From NCBI RefSeq assembly GCF_001194135.2, contig NC_068984.1, positions 61,695,633 to 61,759,632 of the forward strand: 64,000 bases of DNA, in the 5' to 3' direction. This document shows positions 37,211-49,051 of this stretch, piece after piece; the stretch's first letter is position 1, and every line of letters begins with the position of its first letter. A program made the translations under genes and the position numbers. The DNA comes from Octopus bimaculoides (lineage: Eukaryota). Under the pieces are notes generated by a model. That model worked only from the letters and a program-made list of their open reading frames with translations. It made no database searches and had not been told where the DNA came from.

Positions 37211-39719
37211 TAATAATCCTGTGAAACTACTTGTTATACTCATATTTCCTGTACTTAGAGGACATTTAATTTTTATCGCAGGGTATATAGCTTTTATCTG
37301 TCTGTATAAAACTGATTGAATGTAATTTACGACCAACTCACTTTTGCATTTTGGAAAAGTTATTCTAGTTATATTTTCGTTACATTATAAGTTATATGTC
37401 CGTTTTGTTAGATCATCGTAATAATTTACATTGTTCTTAAAGCTATTTACATGCTTAATGAAATAGATACCTATTTCACTGAACTCGCTGCTATATGGAA
37501 GCGTATTTTTCACTTAAGTAAATCATTAGATTCCTTCTAAAGAAGCAAACCAAAGTTAGTTTCCATGAATCCGTATGTTTCTTAGGAAAAGCCGCGATAG
37601 AAGAAAGGTTCTACATCTAGTTTTATTATTTCCCTGGAGTTCAAAATTATTTAAAATTTATAGTATACTGAATATCTTGAAAAGTTTTCAACGATACTGT
37701 CTTTCCTTCCACACCTTTATATGAAAAAGAACTTTACTATTAGTTAGGTGCCTTTTAGTAATTAATAACACCGTTAAAGCTTCGTCTGTGTGGAATTTTA
37801 TGACACATTGCCCTATGATTGGCGTCTGTAAACTTTTCCTTGTCTCTTCATGCAATTCCTTTGAAACTAATCATTCTTTTTGCTAGTGTACTTTTCAGCT
37901 AAAATATGTGAGTCTAATTGTATCCGAGAACTTACGCCTCTTGTAAATTTATTTGCTTGAGTTATTATTATTTTTTTTACTGCGGTTTACATCTGATTTT
38001 GTCACATTTTTTCCATCTGATTCTTGCATTACTCTAACCATATTTTCTTCCTGTCATTCTCATTTTTATCCATATAACAGCTATTGCTGGTCTTGAAGTA
38101 AAAAGTAGAAGTATTGCTGTCGTTTGAGCATCAATCAGAAGACTCAATGAATACATATTTTCTTTCTTTCCTCACATCCATATGAGAATATTTGAATACC
38201 GACACTTTTGAATAACATCTGTAATGTGCAGCACTAAATATCTTTACCGCAATGCTTGCTCAGAAGTTACAGCAATATAATAACAATCATATTCTTCTTC
38301 AAAATACATAAGTTCTATGACGACTAATCTCCACTCAATAAATACACACAATATCTAACGTATTTTTATTAGTATATTTTGAAAAAATGAAATAAATATA
38401 AAAACACAATTGGTTGATGTGCTTTCAAGTTACATTTTCCCTCTGATATTCCAGCAATTATAAAAACAACACTAATAATGTATTTACTGCAGAATGGCAC
38501 AACTGCTTATTAATGCATTTGACATCATATGTTTATGTATAAAAAGAATATTCGTATAAAATGTAAACAACCGAGTTGGAACTTGAAGATACAGAGATAT
38601 TTAAAATCAAATTCTTATGTTGTTTGTTACGACTAATCTATAGGTTTCTTTTTCTCCAAAATACCAGAACTGAAATTGTCATTGTATGATATGAACACAT
38701 CATTTTGAGGTTGATTTTTCACAACGTTTTATACTTTTAAAGATTTACTCCAATGTTTTTCTTCATCCGTCTAATTTTAAAACAATAGGCAATGTTTAAT
38801 TTCAGTGAAACTGTTCTGCATTGTAATTCCGAGAATAAAAAACAATAACTTTAGCTGTTTAGATGGAAAATTATCGAATATTTCTTGTTGAATGAAAAAT
38901 CTATTGTTTTAAGACACATCATTGTTAAATTTGTTTCCTTCACAAAGATTTATTGTTTGGGAAGAGAATTCAACTTTCCTTTGAACTTCCAGGATTACGG
39001 ACAATTTTTATCATCAGAAATTATTAGGAATTGTTGTATGAGAATATATGTACTATCAGACATTTTAATATTATTTTATACGAATACATTTTCCATAAAA
39101 ATGATCATGCATGTTGTTAGAAAATTTACGTGAGATTATTTAGTTTAACCCTGTCACATATATGCACTTTACATGTCTTAAATATCGAAAGATTCTAGAG
39201 TTTGAGCTTGAAGGTAATTTAGCTGGTATTTTATATAGATTGTTGGAAATAGTTTTGACGAAAATCATTGAATTATTTTTTGTGTACGTTAACAAATATT
39301 GTACAGAATACATATCAGGATATTCTAAACATAAAAAAAAATTATCTATGATGCTATCGTACAACTGTTATATATTATAGATCATTTGTCGTTGTAATGG
39401 CAATATTATAGGCAATTTTTTGAATATAAGTTAACTAAGCATACAGTTACAGTGATAATCACAACATCGTGCATAATCAATACATAGTTTCATTGTTGCA
39501 TAAAGTATGCATGTAAAGAATAAAACAGTCGATGCAATTTTATACAATTAGGATGATATAAAGTGTTGAATCCTGTCAACTCGAACTCAAAAGAGAATTG
39601 CAAAGAGAACACAGCGTTTCTTATTCTGAATGCAAAAAAATGCAATGAAGCCTAACAAAGTGGTGCTTGAAGGAAGAGTTTCTGTCCGCACAGCAGAGAT
39701 TACAAGCTATACATGTAAA

Positions 39720-39751
39720 CGCACACACACACACACACACACACGCACACA

Positions 39752-39812
<61 letters not shown>

Positions 39813-39870
39813 CCGCACACACACAAGCACACACAAACACAACACACACCCACTTACACACACACAGATG
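39720..39870. repeat. (CA)n-rich microsatellite
   Basis: Direct run. Confidence 0.95.
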
Positions 39871-40624
39871 CGCACGCGCGAATCACGCGTTCAGAAAAAA
39901 GCAAAAGAAAACAGAAAACCGAGACAATTGAGGGAACAAAAGACAAAGTGTGTTAGTTTCAGGCTCAAGAAAAATGGAAAAGTCTCTGACGTTTCGGGCC
40001 TACGCTCTTCGACAGGAAGCAATATATACGTGCATATGTGTGTGTGTTTGTGTATGTGTGTGTGCGTGTGTGTGCGTGTGTGTGTATAATGATTGTGATT
40101 ATTTATGACAAAAATTACTAATACATATAATTATAATAACAATATTAATTGAAGGTATAAACCCAAAATACGTGAAATATCTCTGAATAAATAATGTACT
40201 CCTTACAGTAAAATGTAACCAAAACTGCTAGAATTTATTTTAATATAAATAAACATTTTAAAATCACGATTCAACTGTAATACCAGTGGAGGTGACTATA
40301 AGATCAGAATTCAATTCGATTTAAAAAGTAACGCTATTACCTTTAACTGAATAACAATGCAAGAAGCTTGTTTGAATTAGTTCATTTTGAAAACGCCGTA
40401 ATTGATGGACTCTTGATGAAATTGCATCGACTAGGATGCATAATTTCATACAGAGCAATGTGCAGTTGATGCAGTAGATACAAGTGTTGGCTATTTTTAT
40501 TTATGCTGTGGAAAACCTTTTAGTAAAAAGTTTTGGGATGTGAATAAATCTCCACTCGCCTCTTGGAGTATATATGGACATACGCATCACATGTGTCTGT
40601 GCGTGTGCGTGTATATGTGCTTGC

Positions 40625-42918
40625 ATGTCTGAGCTATAGCATCTTGTCTCATCGGTAGATTATACCATGATGACATTTTCGGACAGTTGTTTATGATGTA
40701 GGTGATATCTTCGGCGTTAACTCCACAAAGTCTGCATCGAATATCCCATTTTGCTGCCATTCTGTCCCCTTTGTGCATCAGGTATTTGGCTAATATTTCC
40801 TGTTCCTTGACTGCAAACGCATACCCTTCAAAGCGTGTGGTAGTAATCCGGTTGTTGATCAATGTAATCGGGTTGTTGCTTTGATGATAAATGTTACTAC
40901 CATCCTGGATCTTTCTGCAAACATATTCATGCATGATCTTCTGCTGACATATTCTCATCCTCTCATTGATGATATATTGCGGTAGAGTCGTCCGACTTCA
41001 TTGGGCATGTATTTAGGTTTATCAGACAAGGAATCTGCTAAAAGATCTGCTTTCCAACTCTCATTATGTTATCATCCTCATGTATGCAAATTTGGTCAAG
41101 GGATACACCTCCACACTTGGTGGTTAAAAGATGTTGCCGAAGGTATATGATACGATATCCAAAGGCAGTCTGGATTGATGTTAAGATTCTTCCCCCCTCC
41201 TACGGTTTTCGTTTTAGGTAGTGCGGTCTAAGTCACTGTTGATGTGAAAATTATCTGTGCTGGTTAGTATCTTCTGGGTTTTCACATCAATAGCTTGGAT
41301 CTCCTCATGCATCCAATCAAGCAGCCCATATCCTGATATGAGTACTGCCATTACAAACACGTTGCAGGACAGTGTTTCATTGAATGCAGAGAGTTCTGAA
41401 ATTCAAAGTTTCTTTATTCGGTTGTTATATACTTTAGTGATACATATCTTGTTACTAGTGCCATCATAAGCTATGTTTTCATTCACTCCTGGATACCTGT
41501 AACATTCCTCATCAAAAATGGGGGAAACAGTTACATTATTGATGGAGACACTGCTAGTCTGGTTTACTGTTTCCATTCTTACACAACCATATAGCAACAT
41601 TTATCCTGACCAAACTCCAACCCTATATCTTTCGAGAATGTTGTAACCAGGTCAAGGCCCATTTTTCATTTCCTGCATATTCTTTGCATATAGTTTCAAG
41701 TCAGCCACATAGAGACTGTGTAATTGTGGTATTTCTGTTACCTTGCGAACCGGTGAGATACCCTTCAGACTTCGTCAACATGAATCACAGAGAGGTTGAC
41801 CCTTTGGAATATACCTCTGCGATACTGTATTCTGTCAGTGATAAACAATAACACTTTGCATTTAATTTCCACGACGGAGTCAGGTATTTAATTTCCACGA
41901 TGACGTCAGGTGAATTATGGCTTTGACAATGCTCACTGGAAATTTAGCAAGACGAAGGGCTTCTAGCATCCATGAGTAGGAAAAAGAGTGAAAGGCTTTC
42001 TTGCAGTCAGTCACATTAAAACTAGGTTTATCCTATGCTCTCGCACCACTGACATTAGAATTTTGTTTATTAACGATTGCTTGGCACATCCATGTTCTGT
42101 TGTGAGGATGTTATTATTTTCCGAATGGTCTTAAAGAAAACAATATCAACATGCTGTATATATTCTCTCCTGTACCTTCTGACTTGCTGTAATTTTTTGG
42201 TATGTAGGTGGTTCTGCTTTTGGAAGTCACTTTCATCTCTGCCAGAGCAAACCATGTGGTATGTTACTATTTCCACTGAAAGCTTGCTGGCATATGTTGG
42301 TAAGTTATGGCTTATTGTACCAGTATCCAACAATCAAGACTTTTCCATATGCTTTTCCATTCTCAAGATTGTTAATTATAGTTACAAGGGTATCACGATC
42401 AATGCTATATATCTTCGATGTATGCAGGGCAATAACTTCTTCGAAATTCTTTCAAACACAAAGCATCTCGGTTAAACTCCATCTTTTCACTCTATAATTT
42501 CTACCAAAAGAAATCTGTCTTCTCGTGAATGAGCTTCTATGATGTTTTCTGTTTCTCCTCTCATGTCTTTGTACACTGCTGCCTTGTTCCGGTTAAACTT
42601 TTTGTTTACTGTTTTTTTCCCCGGTTATTCTCTTCTGATGTCGGAGTTTCCAACTGACGGCTTTTAGCTCTTTTTTGTGGATGATTAGTTTTAAATGAGT
42701 ATTCACTTTTTGCTTTCTCCAAACATCATTTCCAACTCCTTCGCTTTTCGTTGGCGAGATAAAGTGAGTTTCTTGTTTGCAAGCAATAAGCATTGTCGCA
42801 TGGGTGAAGGTTTTTCGTAAATAAGTCAGCTTTTTTTGTCTTCAAAACCCATGATAGTACCTTCTTCGTTGTTTCGGGTTTATTTACTTTTTGAATGTCG
42901 TCCTGTATTGCTTTGCGG
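40625..42918 (-). mobile_element. R4/Dong-clade non-LTR retrotransposon ORF remnant (RT plus zinc finger)
   Basis: Minus-strand pieces: CKKAF..SWMLEALRLAK; RRGIFQ; LYVADLKLYAK (YxDD site, 41700-41711); FSKDIGLEFGQDKC; YRYPGV; FEGYAFAVKEQEI; CRLCGVNAEDITYIINNCPKMSSWYNLPMRQD. Many frameshifts; the 5' side runs into a gap. Confidence 0.85.
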
Positions 42919-42969
42919 NNNNNNNNNNNNNNNNNNNNNNNNNNNNNNNNNNNNNNNNNNNNNNNNNNN

Positions 42970-43050
42970 ATATATATACATACATACATACATACATACA
43001 TACATACATACACACATACATACGTTCATACATACATACATACATATATA
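42970..43050. repeat. (TACA)n microsatellite
   Basis: Direct run. Confidence 0.9.
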
Positions 43051-44445
43051 CGTTCATGAGTGAGGATGGAAGCGTGGGAATTAGTACTGCTTAACATGGA
43101 AACCATCATCTTTTATGATATAGTATTACACATTTAGAAGTGATTTATTTGTCCCTTTTAACTTTTAAATAATTGGCAGACAGTTGGGAATCTGTTTATT
43201 TGCAATTCGGGAAGAAAAAGAGGTTACTTTAGGGCAAGAATGATAAATTATAGCAAAAACGTCAAAGAAGCTAAATCAATAAAATGATATGAATAACATA
43301 TTATAAAAGTATAACATTCTACCAATTTCGGAATCAAATTCTATTTTAGTTGACATATTTTGGGGATTGGGATGGTATATTATATCGAGTCCCGCTCCAC
43401 ATTCCAACTAACTGAATGATACTTATTTTATCAACCTCTAAAATCCAAAGTCATCCAAAGCAAACGTAAAGAGTAGTCTGTATATAATATAAGACATCCC
43501 AAGATGTCTGATATCCATAGCATTACATTACGTTTGAGTGTTTATCGTGGCTGTTATTTCAGAGGTGAGAGCAAATAAAAGAACAAAATGATAAAAGACC
43601 GGATGCTTTTCAGTTAATGTAGCTGCATTTCGGAGACGTGTTATTTATTATAACCCGAAATTCACCAATATATAACAATAAAATATATAACGTTTGACAA
43701 ATGATTCTTGAGTTATATCTGAGATACTTTCTAAGGAATCCTAAGATGCAAACTTTAGCCTCATAATACTAAATTTTTGGGAAATGTTATGGGTATTTAT
43801 TTTACTATAATAATCTGCCGTTTTATTGAATATAACTTAGTTCATACGTTATAAATCATATCAGAAAAGCCAATATATGTGTGCGTGCGTTTGTGTATGT
43901 GTATAAGATGTGTATCTGTGTGTATAAGAGGTTTGAACAATGTTTATATACACATACAAGTTGTGGGGGAGGGTCTTTTTTGTTTGGCTGCCACTTTTCA
44001 GTTTCTTTGATTTTTGTTCCAGTTGTGTTCATACTGGGTCGATTGGTGCAGTTATTTTAAGGGGATCATTGACATGAAATTTATTTTCGCCATAAATCCA
44101 TAAATAAAGTCATAGCTTTTAAAGTGTGCAAATTTTGGGTAATTTTAATCAATCGAAAGCCAGTCATATAGATACCTGTTTCCATAGTAACAAGGCAAGT
44201 TGATAACAAGCTGTTTACCTCTCTATTGTGGTCCTGTCGAGCTACGTGATAATTTTTCGCTTATTCAATGCGTGAAACACGATGTACGAGTTGGTCGTGA
44301 GATGCGTTAAAAATAACAGCTAAGTAGGCCTTAAATCACAGAACAAAATTGTTTTTGTGTTGCTTTTTTTCTGCATAAGCCTAATAATTACCGTGTGTAG
44401 AATACAAATTCACAAAAGTTTTCTAAATCTCAAAAAAAAAAAGAG

Positions 44446-44562
44446 CTATGCGGTGATACATGTCGTGCAAAAAGCAGAATTTCTCCTGTATTTCGTTTGT
44501 TTAGAGTTCACATCACGTCCTGTCATTTTGTGCATGACAGCTTCCAAATCTTGTTTTTGTGA
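44446..44562 (-). CDS. Candidate terminal coding exon (phase 0): SQKQDLEAVMHKMTGRDVNSKQTKYRRNSAFCTTCITA*
   Basis: Acceptor TTTGATTATTTTTATCCAG|TCA; the phase-0 frame stays open for 38 codons while the other two stop within 16, and phase matches exon 45615-45745. No homology recognised, and it may lie in repeat-derived DNA. Confidence 0.3.
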   Translation of the reverse strand, partial: SQKQDLEAVMHKMTGRDVNSKQTKYRRNSAFCTTCITA

Positions 44563-45164
44563 CTGGATAAAAATAATCAAACTTTAAACCTCTGTAACAT
44601 TTCGTAAAACTTTTTCTGGAGAAAGTCAAATATCCCCTGAGATTCAGCATGGAAAATTATATCAATAGGATCTAGTTAAATACATTCACAGAATCTGCAT
44701 TTTTTAAAAGGAAGTGAAAAAATCTGAAAATCTGTGAAGCCATATTTTTGTGAAGAAAAAATCTGACGGAAAAGATACAGACATTTACCCCCCCCCCCCC
44801 AAAAAAAAAATCTGTGTATTTTTAGCCAACAGAAATTTTGTGCGTTTTAGCGGCGTCAACTTTAAGGTTGTAATCAGTGAAATTTATAGTTTATCGTCTG
44901 TGAAATGACCTGTTACCTAATAATGTCGACATGTATCATCTTACTGTTCCTTTTGTCCCTCCATTGAGTTCTATAGTTGTTTGTAATTATTATTTTTAAA
45001 GATTTGTTATATTAATATATTTGTATGCAGGTATTTACTTTATACGTATTTCAGTATTATGCATTAATATATTAATATATATGTGCATGTGATCTGTTCT
45101 GTGGTATACTCAGCCAGTTATATGCTAAAGTAATGTGTAATCATAAGACTACAAGCTGACAAAA

Positions 45165-45270
45165 TCAGTAGCACACTGGGCAAAATGCTTTACATTCTGA
45201 GTTCAAATTTCACCTAGGTTGACTTTGCCTTTCATCCTTTGAGGGTTGATAAAATAAGTACCAGTTGAAT
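45165..45270 (+). mobile_element. tRNA-derived SINE family A fragment
   Basis: TTCTGAGTTCAAATTTCACCTAGGTTGACTTTGCCTTTCATCCTTTGAGGGTTGATAAAATAAGTACCAG. Confidence 0.75.
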
Positions 45271-45614
45271 GTGTGACCAGTTCATTTGATCATACAACTG
45301 GAATGCTCATCCAAGAAACAAATGAAGATCCATTTCCTTTAGCTTTTGTTTACTAATACACATCAGCAAATGAGCCAATGAGGTAATCTCCGTTTGGTTT
45401 TTCAATTTATTAGAAATAACAACCAAATCCCCCTCACACTATGCTTTAATATTTATTAAATGAAAGACACATTAAATAATGCCGTTCTGCATCTTCAGTA
45501 AAAATACAGAATGGCTCATTTTAGACTGACCAGGGTTTACACTGACAGGCATTTATTTGTTGCAACCATTGCGAGTGTACCGCCAATACAACTTCCCACG
45601 AATCACTTTCTTAC

Positions 45615-45745
45615 GCATGTTGTGCCTAGATTTAACGCACCTCTTTTTTTAGGGATGACACCCTTTCTTGCAAATAATTTACTGTATCCATCTCTGTTTT
45701 CAAGATCGCCTTCAGAGTATTCAAAATCTCCTGCAATGAAATGGC
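45615..45745 (-). CDS. Internal coding exon of an unidentified host gene (phase 1 to phase 0): xHFIAGDFEYSEGDLENRDGYSKLFARKGVIPKKRGALNLGTTC
   Basis: A ~50-nt polypyrimidine tract ending TTTTTTTTTATCTACACACAG|GC, donor ATGC|GTAAGA, 131 nt = 2 + 43 codons with an open frame and non-repetitive, protein-like composition. Confidence 0.72.
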
Positions 45746-45852
45746 CTGTGTGTAGATAAAAAAAAACAGATAAAAACAAACACATAAAAGTAAACAAATA
45801 AAAGCTTCACAAAATATATGTAAAATATATATACTTTAAATTTAATTTTTTA

Positions 45853-46026
45853 TTTTTATTAGTTTCAGTCATTTGACTGGAGCCATGCTGGAGCACCCCC
45901 TTTAGTCGAGCAAATCGATCCCAGAACTTATTCTATCGGTCTCTGTTGCCGAACCGCTAAGTGACGGGGATGTAAACATATCAGCATTGGTTGTCAAGCG
46001 ATGTTGGGGTGACAGACACAGACACA

Positions 46027-46069
<43 letters not shown>

Positions 46070-46356
46070 NNNNNNNNNNNNNNNNNNNNNNNNNNNNNNN
46101 NNNNNNNNNNNNNNNNNNNNNNNNNNNNNNNNNNNNNNNNNNNNNNNNNNNNNNNNNNNNNNNNNNNNNNNNNNNNNNNNNNNNATATATATACGAGCAG
46201 CTTCTTTCAGTTTCCATGAACCAAATCCACTCACAAGGCTTTGGTCGCTCCGAGGCTATAGTAGAAGACACTTGCCCAAGGTGCTACGCAGTGGGATTGA
46301 ACCCAGAACCATGTGGTTGGTAAGCAAGCTACTTACCACACAGCCACTCCTGCGCC
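45853..46356 (-). mobile_element. CORE-type tRNA-derived SINE (family B), full length
   Basis: Reverse complement begins GGCGCAGGAGTGGCTGTGTGGTAAGTAGCTTGC..., has GCACCTTGGGCAAGTGTCTT and an internal (TG/TA)n, and ends GACTGAAACTAATAAAAA. Confidence 0.92.
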
Positions 46357-46945
46357 TATATATGAAACAAATATGCAAAATATTAAGGCAATTCACGAAA
46401 AATACCTACAATAAAATTCTAATTGATAAATATAAATTTTTATAAAAACAAAACACGCGGGTGAAGTGAATCTTGTGGTGTGAAGAATCGACACAACACA
46501 ACGTGCGGGTGAAATTGGCTAAAATTACCCAAATGTCCCAACTTTAATTCCAAATAACATCACATTCTTTAATTTAAGACATAAAGTAATTAGTTGAGCA
46601 AAATCAAATTCCAGAATTGCATCGATAAACCAAATAGAAAACAATCTAAGCAAAATTAAAGGGGATTAATTTTGAGAATGAATTCAATTAGATCCCATCA
46701 ATAGACCAAATTTTAAAATTGTCACTAAACTTTAAACTTTCCGCAGGTGCAGCCAAACAGAAAAGATCCCAGATGGGGACATAGCATTAGCGATTGTACA
46801 ATTAAAGAACACGATCGTGATTCGCTAAAATATTACTAGCGTCATAAAAAAGAATCTGACCGTTCAAGATTTTGTGTGGAACCGGACTTAATAACAATGC
46901 CATATTTTGTCTGGATAGTCTCACCATGGCAATCACTATATATAC

Positions 46946-47374
46946 AGCACAGGAGTGGCTGAGTGGTAAGTAGCTTGCCTTCCAACAACATGGTTCCGGG
47001 TTGAGTCCCACTGCGTGGCACCTTGGATAAGTGTCTTCTATTATAGCCTCGGGCCGACCAAAGCCTTGTGAGTGGATTTGGTAGTCAGAAGCTGAAAGAA
47101 TCTCATCGTATATATATGTATATGTATATATATGTGTGTGTGTGTGTGTGTGCGTGTGTGTGTGTGTGTGTGTGTCTGTGTTTGTCCCCCCAACATCGCT
47201 TGACAACCGATGCTGGTGTGTCTACGCCCCCGTCACTTAACAGTTCAGCAAAATGGACCGATAGAATAACTACTAGACCTACAAAGGATAAGTTCTGGGG
47301 TCGATTTGCTCGACTAAAGGCGGTGCTCCAGCATGGCCGCAGTCAAACGACTGAAACAAGTAAAGAGTAAAAGA
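46946..47374 (+). mobile_element. CORE-type tRNA-derived SINE (family B), full length
   Basis: AGCACAGGAGTGGCTGAGTGGTAAG...GGTTGAGTCCC...GCACCTTGGATAAGTGTCTT...GACTGAAACAAGTAAAGAGTAAAAGAG. Confidence 0.92.
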
Positions 47375-47375
47375 G

Positions 47376-47755
47376 AGCGTATTTTAGCCTCTGCGACAGG
47401 CAGTATACAGCAGTCAACAAACGGCCGTGAGCAGACAGTAGCAGCGAACCAGCGGCAGCAGCAGCAGCAGTAGCAGACCACTGCTGTCAGAAAACAAAAA
47501 CTGTGAACGGTGTTGACAACAACTCACCATCATCAACTAACACTAAGAAACTCACGACAGCAACTATTATCACATGTAGTTCAACAACAATGACTCTCGA
47601 AATAGCCCGGTGTTTGTAATCGGAAGTAACAACAACAATTTTGTTAACGATATAAATAAATACTTTTTAATAAAAAATCTCAAAGCGATTTCTGTGTTCT
47701 TTTTTGTAACACGGCTCTTCGGTTGCCAAGAATTACAGAAGACTCCGTGATAACA
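47376..47755 (+). mobile_element. Possible solo-LTR remnant
   Basis: CAG-rich segment, AATAAA at about 47655 and 47668, and an end at ...TGATAACA. No 5' TG end or TSD identified. Confidence 0.25.
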
Positions 47756-49001
47756 GTCTTATATATATGTAGAATGTAGAATGATTGTGAAAATGATGTG
47801 CGAAATATGGTTTCAGAATTCCTTCACTATCACGCGTGAAACAGGATTTCACTGTGGAACGAAGAAGAACATTGGTTTAGTGGTGAGTGCCAAATATTAA
47901 TTTTACTGAATTGAAATTATTTTGAAGACTTTGTTGCAAATGCCTTGTAGAATATCTCGTTATATGTTCAACATCCACACATTCTTCAATACATTTTCTT
48001 TCTACAATGCTGACTTATGGATTTTCAACAATCTCTTTCCAGTTAAAACAGGGTTAGACTATTTCTGCTTGATACCTACGCGATCGGATATTTTGGAATT
48101 ATTTTCATCGAATCTATCTTTATGATTACAAGGATAGCCAGTACCCAATTTATTCTTCGTATACCTTGCAAATTGAACGGCTTAAATTGTATTTAGGAAA
48201 ATTGTATCAAGGCAACTTTTCAGTTATGTGCAAGCATGGAAACTGGAGAATACTTTGGAAAATATTTAGATCTGTGGGCAATAAAAAAGTTTCGAAATTC
48301 TATCTCTTGTGTAGGGACGATCTTTCAGAACAAAGAGGGATACAGAGAAAGTAAATATGCTTATTAAAGATAATTCAAATCTTAATTGAATAAGCTAAAG
48401 CAACATACTGAAAATATAGATGACGATTGCTATCCACAATCACTCATACTAACGCGTGGTCGACCATATATACAAATACAGACATGATTTACTGATACTT
48501 GCACTGAAGCAAGTGACCCATATCTCTATATTTGGCTATTCTAATAGTCTAGAATATTTAACTCCGATCACCAAATGATCCATTCACGGGATTATCAAAA
48601 GCCTTCAAAATGTTGACACAATTAGTGCCCTCATAGTAAAGTGACTCCTGTACGGGAACTCTGTGCACAATTATTGGTCATAGCATCACATAACACATCT
48701 TTAAATTTTGTGCAACTATCGTAGCATAGGATGTCATGGAGCCCTCATTAAATTCCATGATAACTGACTTTGTGACAATCTTGAATCAATCAAACTCAGA
48801 AATTTAAGCAAAAATCTTTCCATATAATTTTTAAAATTTACCAACTTTGGACCTAGCAAGAGAACAACGGCGTAAGTTTCAGCGATTTCTTTTCATATTA
48901 TTTTGAAAATTATGAGATTATGAAACAAGTTAAATTCAAACAAACAAAAAATAAGCATACTTATAAATTCAAGGTGTATTTCCCAAAAGATTTCATATAA
49001 C

Positions 49002-49051
<50 letters not shown>

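Noticed and set aside
44057-44334. Kolobok-like MITE bounded by TTAA-GG...CC-TTAA
   Set aside because: The sequences inside the putative termini are not inverted repeats.
47817-47882. Plus-strand 66-nt exon candidate NSFTITRETGFHCGTKKNIGLV with GTG|GTGAGT donor
   Set aside because: Poor polypyrimidine tract, no partner exons, and antisense to the better-supported gene.
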